Shown here: positions 16,247 through 26,268 of the stretch, in pieces
How the letters are laid out: each line of letters starts with the position of its first letter
Position numbering within the stretch: the stretch's first letter is position 1
Source of the DNA: Candidatus Omnitrophota bacterium
Lineage (GTDB): Bacteria > Omnitrophota > Gorgyraeia > Gygaellales > Profunditerraquicolaceae
Reading direction: 5' to 3'
NCBI GenBank assembly: GCA_043802425.1
Contig: JAZDLA010000013.1
Location: 1 to 50,014 of the forward strand
Length of the DNA: 50,014 bases
Made by a program: the position numbers and the translations under genes
The notes under the pieces: model-generated
The model's input: the letters and a program-made list of their open reading frames with translations, nothing else
Told to the model about the DNA's origin: nothing
Database searches by the model: none

Positions 16247-17407
16247 ATGTTTAAAATATCCAAGAAATTAGAAGACTTGCCACCGTATTTGTTTGTAGAA
16301 ATTGATAGGGCAAAGAGGAAAGCCAGGCAGGAAGGCCGGGATATTATTGATTTAGGGATAGGTGATCCTGACCAGCCTACGCCCAACCACATTATTGATA
16401 AACTCTATCAGGCAGTATGCGACCCATCTACGCATCGTTATGCCTTGGACCAGGGTTTACCGGGTTTACGTCAAGCCATTGCCAACTGGTATAAAAACCG
16501 TTTCCAGATAAAACTTGATGCGGAAAAAGAAATTTTGCCTTTGATCGGTTCAAAAGAGGGGATCGCCCACTTTCCTTTAGCATTTTTGAATGAAGGCGAC
16601 TATGCGCTTATACCTGATCCTTGTTATCCGCCGTATAAAGGTGGCACCATCTTTGCCGGAGGAAGGCCATATATTATGCCGCTTAAAGAAGAAAATGCAT
16701 TTTTACCGGACCTTAAAAAAATCCCCTTAAACATACGTAAAAAAGCAAAATTAATCTACATCAACTATCCGAATAACCCTACTTCTGCCATAGCCAGAAG
16801 TGATTTCTATAAAGACGTGGTGGAATTTGCCCACAGGAATAAAATTATTATTATCTCAGATTTAGCCTATTCTGAGATTTGCTATGACGGCTACAAGCCG
16901 CCTAGCTTGTTAGAAACCGAAGGCGCAGAAGAGGTAGTGATAGAGTTCCATTCTCTCTCTAAAACCTATAATATGACCGGTTGGCGGGTAGGCTGGGCCT
17001 GTGGTAACGCGCAATTAGTCTGGAGTTTAGCTAAAGTAAAATCCAACATTGATTCAGGGATTTTTTCCGCAGTCCAGTTGGCAGGCATGGCTGCCCTAAT
17101 CGGGCCACAAGGCCATATCCAGCAGATCTGCCGGCTTTACCAGGAAAGACGTGATGCCTTAATCTGGGGATTGAATAGCGTAGGCCTAAAGGTAAATCCC
17201 CCTAAAGCTACTTTTTACGTCTGGATTAAAATCCCCAAAAAAACCGATTCCATAAAATTCTCGGCATTATTATTAGAGAAGGCAAATATTGTGGTTACCC
17301 CGGGTGTAGGTTTCGGTAAATGCGGCGAAGGTTACATTAGGATGGCCTTGACTGTATCCAAAGAGAAGATCCAGGAGGCTATTGAGCGTTTAAGAAAAAT
17401 TCTTTAG
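16247..17407 (+). CDS. dapL: LL-diaminopimelate aminotransferase (class I aminotransferase)
   Basis: LPPYLFVEID...IIDLGIGDPDQPTP and SLSKTYNMTGWRVGW (PLP lysine) fit the DapL-type subfamily as I recall it. It follows dapB directly, and no dapD/dapC/dapE is in the block. Confidence 0.75.
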   Translation: MFKISKKLEDLPPYLFVEIDRAKRKARQEGRDIIDLGIGDPDQPTPNHIIDKLYQAVCDPSTHRYALDQGLPGLRQAIANWYKNRFQIKLDAEKEILPLIGSKEGIAHFPLAFLNEGDYALIPDPCYPPYKGGTIFAGGRPYIMPLKEENAFLPDLKKIPLNIRKKAKLIYINYPNNPTSAIARSDFYKDVVEFAHRNKIIIISDLAYSEICYDGYKPPSLLETEGAEEVVIEFHSLSKTYNMTGWRVGWACGNAQLVWSLAKVKSNIDSGIFSAVQLAGMAALIGPQGHIQQICRLYQERRDALIWGLNSVGLKVNPPKATFYVWIKIPKKTDSIKFSALLLEKANIVVTPGVGFGKCGEGYIRMALTVSKEKIQEAIERLRKIL

Positions 17408-17806
17408 ATGGTAGCTTGTTATCTGGGAGTCGGCTCCAACTTAGGTAAGAGGAGAGAAAATATTAAAAAGGCATTGAAATATCTAGCCAGAACTAAGGGC
17501 GTCAAAATAGAAAAGAGCTCACGTATTTATGAAACTGAACCTGTCGGGGGACCTCCCCAGGGAAAATTCTTAAACGCTGCCGTAAAAATCAGAACTTCAC
17601 TTACCCCCGTAGCGCTTCTTAAAACCTTAAAAAAAATAGAGAAAGACTTAGGCCGCAGGCAATCCGTGCGTTCCGGCCCGCGCCTGATAGACCTGGATAT
17701 ATTATTTTATGGGGATAAGGTTATAAAAACAAAAAGCCTGGTAGTTCCACATCCTAAGATGTTTGAGAGAGAGTTTGTGCTTAGGCCTTTAAGAGAGATT
17801 ATATGA
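17408..17806 (+). CDS. folK: 2-amino-4-hydroxy-6-hydroxymethyldihydropteridine diphosphokinase
   Basis: YLGVGSNLG, ETEPVG, RLIDLDILFYG, PHPKMFEREFVLRPL are typical HPPK blocks. 132 aa. Confidence 0.88.
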   Translation: MVACYLGVGSNLGKRRENIKKALKYLARTKGVKIEKSSRIYETEPVGGPPQGKFLNAAVKIRTSLTPVALLKTLKKIEKDLGRRQSVRSGPRLIDLDILFYGDKVIKTKSLVVPHPKMFEREFVLRPLREII

Positions 17807-18642
17807 AAGTTATCCGTAGCCTCAAAGAAATGGCGGATTTTTCAAGGAGCATACATTTAGAGAGACAAGCTATCGGTTTTGTTCCTACTATGGGTGCATT
17901 GCATGCCGGGCACTTAAGTCTTATTGAAGAAGCGCGCCGCCAGAATGACCGGGTGGTAGTGAGTATATTCGTTAATCCTACCCAGTTTGCACCTTGCGAA
18001 GACTATAAAAAATATCCCCGGAATCTTAAACTCGACGCGCAATTATGCAGAAGAAAAGGCGTAGATGTGATATTTTATCCTGATGCCCGACGGATGTACC
18101 CGGATAACTATAAGACATATGTGCATGTCGAAGATTTAAGCGATGCCTTATGCGGTAAGTCCCGGCCGGGGCATTTTAAAGGAGTGGTTACGGTGGTAAG
18201 TAAGCTTTTTCATATAATAGATCCTGATATTGCCTATTTTGGGCAAAAGGATGCCCAGCAGGCGATTATTATAAAAAAGATGGTTGAAGATTTAAATATG
18301 CGGGTGAAGATAAAAGTTATGCCTATAGTGCGTGATAAAAACGGCCTAGCCTTAAGTTCAAGGAATGCTTATCTAGATAAAAGCCAAAGGATAGATGCCT
18401 TGGTTTTAGGTCAAGCCTTGAATTTAGCCGGGGATTTAATTAGGCGGGGTAATAAGGATTCCTCAGATATTATCCGTAAAATGAGGCGTTTAATAGATAG
18501 AAAAAAGAGCGCCTCCATACAGTATGCATCTATTGTGGACTTAGAGAGTCTTAAGCCTATGGTTAAAATAAAGGATAAGGCCATAATTGCCTTGGCGGTT
18601 TTTATCGGTAAGACTAGATTGATCGATAATATTGTAGTATAA
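17803..18642 (+). CDS. panC: Pantoate-beta-alanine ligase
   Basis: PTMGALHAGHLSL (HxGH) and FGQKDAQQ motifs. 279 aa. Confidence 0.93.
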   Translation: MKVIRSLKEMADFSRSIHLERQAIGFVPTMGALHAGHLSLIEEARRQNDRVVVSIFVNPTQFAPCEDYKKYPRNLKLDAQLCRRKGVDVIFYPDARRMYPDNYKTYVHVEDLSDALCGKSRPGHFKGVVTVVSKLFHIIDPDIAYFGQKDAQQAIIIKKMVEDLNMRVKIKVMPIVRDKNGLALSSRNAYLDKSQRIDALVLGQALNLAGDLIRRGNKDSSDIIRKMRRLIDRKKSASIQYASIVDLESLKPMVKIKDKAIIALAVFIGKTRLIDNIVV

Positions 18643-18657
18643 CCATAATGTCTAAAG

Positions 18658-19482
18658 ATGGAAAAAAATAAAAAATTAAGAATCGGGATCGTAGGCTGCG
18701 GGGCCATAGGTTCTTCGCTGGCAAAATCTATTTTAGCTGACTTTTCTGCGCAGGCAGATTTAGCGAGCCTTTATGATCTGGAAATAGAAAAGGCCTATAA
18801 CTTATCGAGCAAGCTGAATAAAAAATTGGCCGCTTTAAATTTAGAAGACTTGATAAATAAGGTGGATTTAGTTATCGAGGCCACAAAGGCAGGGTTCAGT
18901 TTTGATATCGCCAGAAAAACGCTCTTGGCTTCCCGCGATATTATGGTTATGAGCGTCGGCGGCATTGTTAAGCAATTAGGCGAATTAGAACTTTTAGCAA
19001 AAGAGAAGGGTGTGCGCCTATTTATCCCTTCTGGAGCTATATGCGGTATTGATGGGCTTAAGGCTTTGGCCTGCGTTAAAATAAGTAAAGTTTCCCTGAC
19101 TACCCGTAAGCCCCCCCAGGCATTCCTGGGCGTACCTTATTTATTGAAGAAAAAGATACGGCTGGATAATATAACGCAGGATACGGTTATTTTTGAAGGG
19201 AGCGCATCGCAAGCCATAAGGGCTTTTCCGCAGAATATTAATGTGGCTGCGACCTTAAGCGCAGCCGGCATAGGCATAGATAATACCGTGGTGCGTATTG
19301 TAGCTTCCCCGGGTCTAACCAGGAATATCCATGAGGTAGAGATAGAATCCGAGGCAGGCAGGATTATTACGCGTACCGAAAACCTGGTCCATCCGGATAA
19401 CCCCAAGACCAGTTATTTGGCGGTACTTTCGGCGATAGCGACCCTAAAGCAGATTTTAGAGCCGATAAAAATCGGCGCATAA
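18658..19482 (+). CDS. nadX: L-aspartate dehydrogenase
   Basis: IGIVGCGAIG Rossmann motif. PSGAICGIDGL, FPQNINVAATLS, NIHEVEIES and NPKTSYLA blocks match the NadX family as recalled. Confidence 0.8.
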   Translation: MEKNKKLRIGIVGCGAIGSSLAKSILADFSAQADLASLYDLEIEKAYNLSSKLNKKLAALNLEDLINKVDLVIEATKAGFSFDIARKTLLASRDIMVMSVGGIVKQLGELELLAKEKGVRLFIPSGAICGIDGLKALACVKISKVSLTTRKPPQAFLGVPYLLKKKIRLDNITQDTVIFEGSASQAIRAFPQNINVAATLSAAGIGIDNTVVRIVASPGLTRNIHEVEIESEAGRIITRTENLVHPDNPKTSYLAVLSAIATLKQILEPIKIGA

Positions 19483-19514
19483 CAAAAATAAGATAGAAAG
19501 GGGGTGAATAAGTT

Positions 19515-19754
19515 ATGGCAGAGAAAGTAGCGAAGCTAGGAATAAAGAGGCAGAAAGGTTGTCTCTACTATGTTGACAAGGGCGGCGATGTTTCTTGCGC
19601 CAAGATGGCTAGAGGCAAGAAAAAAGGCGGTAGCCCTAAGAAAGTGGTAAAATGTGGTATCAAGAGGAAGAAGGGATACCTCTATTTTATCGATAAGAAA
19701 GGCGATGTCTCTTGCGCTAAGATGAAGAGAGGCGGCAAGAAGAAAAAAAGATAA
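19515..19754 (+). CDS. Small, very basic protein built from two ~39-aa repeats (unknown function)
   Basis: AAGGGGG SD about 9 nt upstream. GIKRQKGCLYYVDKGGDVSCAKMARG and GIKRKKGYLYFIDKKGDVSCAKMKRG repeats. 28 of 79 residues are K/R by my count. Followed by a long terminator-like hairpin. Confidence 0.6.
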   Translation: MAEKVAKLGIKRQKGCLYYVDKGGDVSCAKMARGKKKGGSPKKVVKCGIKRKKGYLYFIDKKGDVSCAKMKRGGKKKKR

Positions 19755-19768
19755 GCGCCTTAAAAGTG

Positions 19769-19870
19769 AGCCCCTGTAAGGTTTTCATCTCTAATTTGCC
19801 CGGTTAGAATTTTGTTGTCTTGTATCTAAATTCGGCATTTCTAACAGGGTTTACAGGGGCTTTCTTTTTT
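19769..19870 (+). terminator. Long imperfect hairpin plus T-run (terminator-like)
   Basis: agcccctgtaa (19769-19779) pairs with ttacaggggct (19851-19861). Inner stem ccggttagaa/ttctaacagg. T-rich run tttctttttt at 19861-19870. Confidence 0.55.
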
Positions 19871-19879
19871 GATATAATT
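19850..19879 (+). promoter_or_regulatory. Possible promoter giving a leaderless uvrA mRNA
   Basis: TTTACA (19850-19855), 18-nt spacer, TATAAT (19874-19879). The uvrA ATG at 19888 is 9 nt after the -10 element and has no SD. Confidence 0.35.
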
Positions 19880-19887
19880 CATATTCT

Positions 19888-22695
19888 ATGGAAGACGCTA
19901 TTATTATCAGGGGTGCTAAAGAGCATAACCTGAAAAATATAAATTTAAAACTACCGCGTAATAAACTTATTGTTATTACCGGCCTCTCCGGTTCGGGTAA
20001 ATCCAGCCTTGCCTTCGATACTATCTATGCCGAAGGCCAAAGGCGCTATGTAGAAAGCCTCTCCAGCTACGCCCGCCAGTTCTTAGAGCAGTTACAAAAG
20101 CCCGATGTCGAATATATAGAGGGCTTATCCCCAGCCATCGCTATCGAGCAAAGGACAGCCGGCGGTAACCCCCGCTCTACCGTAGGAACCCAGACTGAGA
20201 TTTACGATTATTTAAGGATCATTTTTGCGCGTATCGGCGAAGTAGCCTGTTATCAATGCGGCCAATCCATACAAAGACAGAGTGCCCAGGAAATAGTAGA
20301 AAGGATCATGGGTTTACCGCAAGGTTCGGATATCCAGATATTAGCACCCCTGGTGCGCGGCAGAAAAGGGGAATATAAAGATATATTTGGTCAAATTCAA
20401 AAAGCAGGATTTGTGCGCGTACGTATTGACGGAAAAATTCATGAGTTGCCTCAAAAGGTCAAGCTTAAAAAATATAATATCCATAATATTGAAGTAGTGG
20501 TGGATAGGCTCATTGTAAAGCCGCAAGCTAAGGGTAGGCTTACGGATTCCGTAGAGACAGCGCTGAAGGTGGGTAAGGGTATCGTAATTATCCTGTTTAA
20601 TAAAAGACAGACGGATAAACAGGCGGAATTGGTTTTTAGCGAACAGTATGCCTGCGCAAAATGCGGTATCAACTATTCTGAGGTTGAGCCGCGTATGTTT
20701 TCTTTTAATTCTCCGTATGGGGCTTGTCCCGATTGCCACGGATTGGGCACGAAGCTTGAATTTGATCCGGATTTAGTCATCCCCGATAAGAATAAATCCA
20801 TAAACGCAGGGGCAATTGAGGCTTGGAAGAGGGGTGGTAAGGGGTATATCCTTTATTATCGCTGGCTCATCCGTGAATTAGCTCACGAAATGGATTTTGA
20901 CCTAGATATACCGTTTAAAAAATTAAACAAAGAAATACAAAAGGCGATACTTTATGGAACTGACGTGGATGTCAACGGTAAACCTTTTGAAGGGATAATC
21001 CCGCACTTAGAAAGACTTTTTCGCCAGACAGAGAGCGACTATTTAAAAGAAGAGATTTCCCGGTTTATGTCTAGCCTGCCCTGTCCGATCTGTCTTGGCG
21101 CTAGGCTTAAGAAAGAAAGTTTAGCGGTAAAAATTAACGGTAAAAATATCTGGGAGGTAACTGAAGAGTCGATAAAAGAAGCGCACAGTTTTTTTAGCAA
21201 ATTAAAATTAACCCAAAGGCAAAGGACTATTGCCCGCCAGGCCTTGAAGGAAATAACCCAAAGGCTAGAGTTCTGTATTGATGTGGGTTTAGATTACATT
21301 ACCTTAAATAGAAAGAGCTCTACCCTTTCAGGAGGAGAAGCGCAGCGTATCCGCTTGGCTACACAGGTTGGTTCAGGTTTAGTGGGGGTATTATACATAT
21401 TAGACGAACCCAGCATCGGTCTGCATCAAAAGGATAATGCCAAACTAATTTCCACGCTAAAGGCCTTAAGGGATCTGGGTAATACTTTAATCGTGGTAGA
21501 GCACGATGAGGCTACGATCCTTTGCGCAGATTATATTGTCGATTTAGGCCCGGGTGCAGGCAGGCACGGCGGAGAAATAGTTTTTTGTGGCAATAAAGAA
21601 GATCTATTGAAGCATTCCGATTCTTTGACCGCGAAGTATCTTAGGAGGGAATTAGAGGTATGTAGAGTTATACAGAGAAGGCCTTGGCGTAAGAGAAAAT
21701 TCTTAGAGGTAAAAGGTGCCAGAGAGCATAACTTAAAAAATACAGACGTAAAGTTTCCTTTAGGCGTCTTTATCTGCGTTACCGGAGTATCCGGCTCAGG
21801 TAAATCCACCCTTATTGACGAAATATTGTATCGTAGCCTTGCGCAAAAATTATATAAATCTAAAGAAAAACCCGGACTCCATCAGAAGATTACCGGCATA
21901 GAATATATTGATAAAGTTATTGTAGTTGATCAGTCCCCTATAGGTAGGACACCGCGTTCAAACCCCGTTACCTATACCGGAGTTTTTAGTCATATCAGGG
22001 ACATATTCAGCAAGCTTCCCGAAGCGCGCATAAAAGGATATAGGCCCGGCAGGTTTTCTTTTAATGTCAAAGGCGGCCGCTGTGAGGCCTGCGCGGGCGA
22101 CGGCATTAAGAAGATAGAGATGCATTTTCTTCCCGATGTCTACGTAAAATGCGATGTCTGTAAAGGCAGGCGTTTTAATGAAGCTACTCTAGAAGTCAAG
22201 TACAAAGGTAAAACCATCGCTGATATTTTAGATATGACGGTAGAAGAGGCGCTGGATTTGTTTGTGAATATCCCTAAAATCAGGAATATACTTAACTATA
22301 TCTATGATGTAGGTTTAGGCTATATTCAGCTGGGCCAGGCCGCAACCACATTATCAGGCGGTGAGGCACAACGCGTAAAACTCTCAGCAGAGTTAAGCAA
22401 GCGCTCTACGGGTCGAACCCTTTATCTTTTGGATGAACCGACTACGGGTTTACATTTTGCGGATGTAGATAAACTTCTTTCGGTACTTCAGAGGTTAGTA
22501 GATAAGGGTAACACCGTTTGTGTGATTGAACATAATTTAGAAGTAATAAAATGCGCTGACTATATTATTGATTTAGGCCCTGAAGGTGGAGACGCAGGGG
22601 GAGAGGTTGTCGCTACTGGTAGCCCCGAAGAATTACTTGATAATAAAAAGTCGTATACAGCGCTATTTTTAAGAAAGATATTGAATAATAAATAG
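19888..22695 (+). CDS. uvrA: Excinuclease ABC subunit A
   Basis: Two ABC ATPase modules ([24 protein letters not shown], two LSGGE signatures) and zinc-finger Cys clusters. 935 aa. Confidence 0.97.
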   Translation: MEDAIIIRGAKEHNLKNINLKLPRNKLIVITGLSGSGKSSLAFDTIYAEGQRRYVESLSSYARQFLEQLQKPDVEYIEGLSPAIAIEQRTAGGNPRSTVGTQTEIYDYLRIIFARIGEVACYQCGQSIQRQSAQEIVERIMGLPQGSDIQILAPLVRGRKGEYKDIFGQIQKAGFVRVRIDGKIHELPQKVKLKKYNIHNIEVVVDRLIVKPQAKGRLTDSVETALKVGKGIVIILFNKRQTDKQAELVFSEQYACAKCGINYSEVEPRMFSFNSPYGACPDCHGLGTKLEFDPDLVIPDKNKSINAGAIEAWKRGGKGYILYYRWLIRELAHEMDFDLDIPFKKLNKEIQKAILYGTDVDVNGKPFEGIIPHLERLFRQTESDYLKEEISRFMSSLPCPICLGARLKKESLAVKINGKNIWEVTEESIKEAHSFFSKLKLTQRQRTIARQALKEITQRLEFCIDVGLDYITLNRKSSTLSGGEAQRIRLATQVGSGLVGVLYILDEPSIGLHQKDNAKLISTLKALRDLGNTLIVVEHDEATILCADYIVDLGPGAGRHGGEIVFCGNKEDLLKHSDSLTAKYLRRELEVCRVIQRRPWRKRKFLEVKGAREHNLKNTDVKFPLGVFICVTGVSGSGKSTLIDEILYRSLAQKLYKSKEKPGLHQKITGIEYIDKVIVVDQSPIGRTPRSNPVTYTGVFSHIRDIFSKLPEARIKGYRPGRFSFNVKGGRCEACAGDGIKKIEMHFLPDVYVKCDVCKGRRFNEATLEVKYKGKTIADILDMTVEEALDLFVNIPKIRNILNYIYDVGLGYIQLGQAATTLSGGEAQRVKLSAELSKRSTGRTLYLLDEPTTGLHFADVDKLLSVLQRLVDKGNTVCVIEHNLEVIKCADYIIDLGPEGGDAGGEVVATGSPEELLDNKKSYTALFLRKILNNK

Positions 22696-22718
22696 ACAGA
22701 TGGTATAGTGGAATTGAA

Positions 22719-25208
22719 ATGAAAAATCTCAGAATGAAATTTTTAACAACCCTCATATTTTTATTATTTATTACTAGTTACGAGTTACGAGTTACTAGTT
22801 ACGAGTTATCTGCCCAGGAGTCATCCAAAGAAGAAGAGGCGCTCTTCGTGGCGGAAAAGGCATTTGAGGACGCCTTCTATGATGTAGCCTTAGGGCTATT
22901 TGACCGTTTCTTAAAGAATTATCCCGCTTCCCCCAAGACAGCACAGGTTAATCTTTTAATCGGCCAATGTTATTTCCAGCAGAGCAGGTTTCTGGAGGCC
23001 TTAACGAAATTCGAAGGATTATTAAACCAACCTTCTGCCCAGAACATTAAAGACGAAATCCTCTATTGGATTGCCGAGGTGCATTTTAAAGGCAACAATT
23101 TTTCAAAGGCCGGTCAGTATTATAAGATGATCGCTGAGGGATTCCCGAAGTCCCCTTATTCTGTATATGCCTATTATTCATTAGGCTGGTGTTTATTCCA
23201 GGAGGGAGAGTTTGCTGGGGCGATGAAATATTTTAAGATCGTGCAGGAAAAATTTCCCCAGGAACCACAGGCGCAGGATTCTGCATTTAAGATAGTGGAG
23301 TGCCTGTATAACTTAAAAGACTATACCGGCACAAAAGATAAGCTAAGGCTGTATTTAACTTCCTATCCTAAGGATACCGCGCGTATCTTATACCTATATT
23401 TTTATCTGGCTGAGGCAGATTATTATTTGGACAATTTCCGGGAGGCTATTGAGGAGTATTCTAAGGTTTTAGAAAATACTAATGATGAAAAAATACAAGC
23501 GGTATCCAGATTAGGTATTGGATGGTCTTATCTTAAATTAAAGCAATACAAAGAAGCTCAGGGTGTGTTTTCGGGGATTAAGCCCGATATGTTAGAAAAG
23601 AAGGGGCGGGATACCTTACTGTTAGGCAAGGCGCTAGTGTCTTCAGAGACAAAGGCATTCGCCGAAGCAAAGAATATGTACGAAGAGTTAATAAAGACAT
23701 CTTCTGATCCGCTGACTTTAACCCAGGGGTATCTGGGCAAGGCTGAGGTTCTCTATAATATCGCGGAATATAAAGAGGCGATAAAAGTATACGAAGAAGC
23801 CTTAAGCAAGGTTAGGGAGGCCATTTCTCAGGAGAGCATTGATAAGTTGCATTATGGCCTGGCCTGGTCTTTTTTAAAAGACGGGGAATTCAAGAAAGCG
23901 ATAGATGAGTTCCGTAAGATTGTCAAGCAAAGCGAAGACAAAATAGTAAAGGTTGCTGCGCTCTGCCAGATAGGAGATGCCTACCAGGATTCCGGAGAGT
24001 ACACCAAGGCAATGGAAGCATACGATAGCATATTAAAAGATTACCCGGACACCCTATATAACGATTACGTGCAATACCAGTTGGGTAATACGTTACTGAA
24101 GACCTCAAATTATGACGGTGCGATTATGGCTTTTCAGAATCTGAAGAGTCGTTTCCCGGCCTCGAAACTCCTAGACGATGCTTCCTATGCCCTGGGCATA
24201 ACCTATTTTCAGAAACAGGACTATAAATCCAGCAAGGAAATCTTTGAGAAATTTCAGGATGAATTTAAAGAGAGTAACTTAAGGTCCCAGAGCGTATATC
24301 TCTTAGGGAGCAGCCTCTATAACTTAGGCGACTTCACCCAAGCTATAGAGGTATTTAAGAATATCGTCAGGGATTATGGTCAAGATACCGAACTCCTTCA
24401 GAAGGCGGAATACGAGATAGCGGATTGTTATTACCAGATGGGTGATGAAAAAGAGGCTATGGCCAGATTCGGGACCTTGCGTTCTAAATATCCTGACTCC
24501 AGGCTTACCGCAGAGGTAATGTGGTGGCTGGGAGAATATTATTACAGGCATAATGATTTAAGTTTGGCGCGCAGGTATTTTTCATCCCTTATACAGGATT
24601 TCTCCAAGAGCAATTTAATCCCCGATGCCTACTATGCATTGGCTTCGACTTTTGCGGAAGAACTTAAATATGAAGAGGCCATCGACAACTTTAGGAAAGT
24701 AATTGGATTGGGCAGGTCTGATCTTGCCGGTACGGCGAGCATCGCAATGGCCGATATCTACGCTAGGCAGGAAAAAACTGATTTAGCTCTTCAGGTCTAT
24801 AAAGATACGACGGAGGAATACCCTAATTTGATCAGCCTTATTTATCCTAAGATTGCAGATCTCTATCGTAAGATTGGCAATTATAGCCAAGCCATAAGTT
24901 TCTATCGCCAGGGCATGAGCGTAGTTCCGGCAAGAGAAATGGCCAATGTTCAATTTAAAATAGCGGAGACCCTACAAGCGCAGGGTGAGTACGCTGAGGC
25001 AACCGAGGAATACATGAAGGTTACTTATCTTTATGCGGAAAATAACGATTTAGCGGTGAAGTCGCTTTTAAGGGTAGCGGCAATCTATGAAAATAAGGAG
25101 AATTTTAAAGAAGCCGTCAGTATTTATAAAAGAATTAAGGCCATGAATGTGAAAGAGGCCAAATATGCGCAGGAACGCATTGATTGGATAAAGGAACACG
25201 CTAAATAA
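22719..25208 (+). CDS. Large secreted/periplasmic TPR-repeat protein (YbgF/CpoB-like repeats)
   Basis: N-terminal hydrophobic signal-like segment, then more than 15 TPR-like 34-aa units (recurring A..Y..G..Y...G.Y..A...F). Precedes ExbB/ExbD. Residues 18-31 are encoded by heptamer repeats. Confidence 0.85.
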   Translation: MKNLRMKFLTTLIFLLFITSYELRVTSYELSAQESSKEEEALFVAEKAFEDAFYDVALGLFDRFLKNYPASPKTAQVNLLIGQCYFQQSRFLEALTKFEGLLNQPSAQNIKDEILYWIAEVHFKGNNFSKAGQYYKMIAEGFPKSPYSVYAYYSLGWCLFQEGEFAGAMKYFKIVQEKFPQEPQAQDSAFKIVECLYNLKDYTGTKDKLRLYLTSYPKDTARILYLYFYLAEADYYLDNFREAIEEYSKVLENTNDEKIQAVSRLGIGWSYLKLKQYKEAQGVFSGIKPDMLEKKGRDTLLLGKALVSSETKAFAEAKNMYEELIKTSSDPLTLTQGYLGKAEVLYNIAEYKEAIKVYEEALSKVREAISQESIDKLHYGLAWSFLKDGEFKKAIDEFRKIVKQSEDKIVKVAALCQIGDAYQDSGEYTKAMEAYDSILKDYPDTLYNDYVQYQLGNTLLKTSNYDGAIMAFQNLKSRFPASKLLDDASYALGITYFQKQDYKSSKEIFEKFQDEFKESNLRSQSVYLLGSSLYNLGDFTQAIEVFKNIVRDYGQDTELLQKAEYEIADCYYQMGDEKEAMARFGTLRSKYPDSRLTAEVMWWLGEYYYRHNDLSLARRYFSSLIQDFSKSNLIPDAYYALASTFAEELKYEEAIDNFRKVIGLGRSDLAGTASIAMADIYARQEKTDLALQVYKDTTEEYPNLISLIYPKIADLYRKIGNYSQAISFYRQGMSVVPAREMANVQFKIAETLQAQGEYAEATEEYMKVTYLYAENNDLAVKSLLRVAAIYENKENFKEAVSIYKRIKAMNVKEAKYAQERIDWIKEHAK
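22771..22812. repeat. Tandem heptamer TTACTAG/TTACGAG x5-6 inside the 5' end of the TPR gene
   Basis: ttactag ttacgag ttacgag ttactag ttacgag ttatctg read directly. Translated as ITSYELRVTSYELS. 22788-22802 is an exact reverse-complement copy of GTAACTAGTAACTCG. Confidence 0.9.
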
Positions 25209-25223
25209 AAAAAGGAGGAATAA

Positions 25224-25856
25224 ATGGATCTCTATAAAATGGGTTTGTGGCAGGTATTTTTTGCGGGCGGGCCGGTAATGTGGCCGATACTTTTATGCTC
25301 TATCTTTGCCTTGGCTATAATCTTAGAAAAGATTTGGCATCTGCATAAGATAAAGATAGATGCGCAGGAATTACTAGGCAGTGTTTTGGAGAAGATGAAA
25401 CAGCACCAGGTGAAGGAGGCGTTGGAAATTTGCGATAACACCAAGAGCCCGATCTCCCATATACTAAAGGCCGGGATTTTAAAATATGACCGCCCCAGAC
25501 CACAGATCAAAGAGGCGATAGAAGACGCGTCTTTATACGAGATACCGCGGCTGGAGAAGAATCTCTCGATGCTGGCTACCATAGCGCACATATCCCCGCT
25601 TTTAGGCCTTTTGGGGACAGTTACAGGAATGGTCAGGTGTTTCCAGACGATCCAGGCCAAGGCTACAGCCTTTCATCCTGTTTCTCCCGGCGATTTGGCA
25701 GGCGGGATCTGGGAAGCGCTACTCACCACAGTGGCAGGTTTAATTGTGGCGATACCCACATTCATTGCCTATAATTATCTGGTAAATCGCATAAATAATT
25801 TTATTTTGGAGATGGAGAAGGCTTCGACGGAATTAGTTAACTTCCTTACTGAATAA
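25224..25856 (+). CDS. MotA/TolQ/ExbB-family proton channel
   Basis: Three predicted TM helices. Conserved C-terminal block ISPLLGLLGTVTGMVRCF...GGIWEALLTTVAGLIVAIP. Followed by an ExbD/TolR gene. Confidence 0.88.
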   Translation: MDLYKMGLWQVFFAGGPVMWPILLCSIFALAIILEKIWHLHKIKIDAQELLGSVLEKMKQHQVKEALEICDNTKSPISHILKAGILKYDRPRPQIKEAIEDASLYEIPRLEKNLSMLATIAHISPLLGLLGTVTGMVRCFQTIQAKATAFHPVSPGDLAGGIWEALLTTVAGLIVAIPTFIAYNYLVNRINNFILEMEKASTELVNFLTE

Positions 25857-25866
25857 GGAGGGCTAG

Positions 25867-26268
25867 ATGCATTTCAAGCGCCATATAGAATTAGAGCACG
25901 GGCTTAGACAAATAGATATCGCGCCTTTGATAGACATAGTTTTTCAACTCCTGATATTTTTTATGCTTACTTCCAGTTTTGTGATGCAACCAGGCATAAA
26001 GGTGAATTTACCCAGGGCGGTAACTAGCGAAGTAGTTAAATACGAAAATACAGAAATATTGATCTCTAGCGAAAATGTCGTCTACTTAAACGGCAATGTG
26101 GTCAACACGCAGGAATTAAAGACGCTGCTTAAACAGGTGGCGAAAATGAAACAGGGGATTCTGATCAAGGCGGATAGACGTGCGTCTTTGGGCCGGATTG
26201 TAGAGATTTGGGATATGTGCAGGGATTTTGGCGTAACGCAAATCAATATTGCCACGAATCAGGAATGA
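25867..26268 (+). CDS. ExbD/TolR-family protein
   Basis: N-terminal IDIAPLIDIVFQLLIFFMLT with the conserved TM Asp, and a periplasmic domain of the usual size (133 aa). Confidence 0.85.
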   Translation: MHFKRHIELEHGLRQIDIAPLIDIVFQLLIFFMLTSSFVMQPGIKVNLPRAVTSEVVKYENTEILISSENVVYLNGNVVNTQELKTLLKQVAKMKQGILIKADRRASLGRIVEIWDMCRDFGVTQINIATNQE

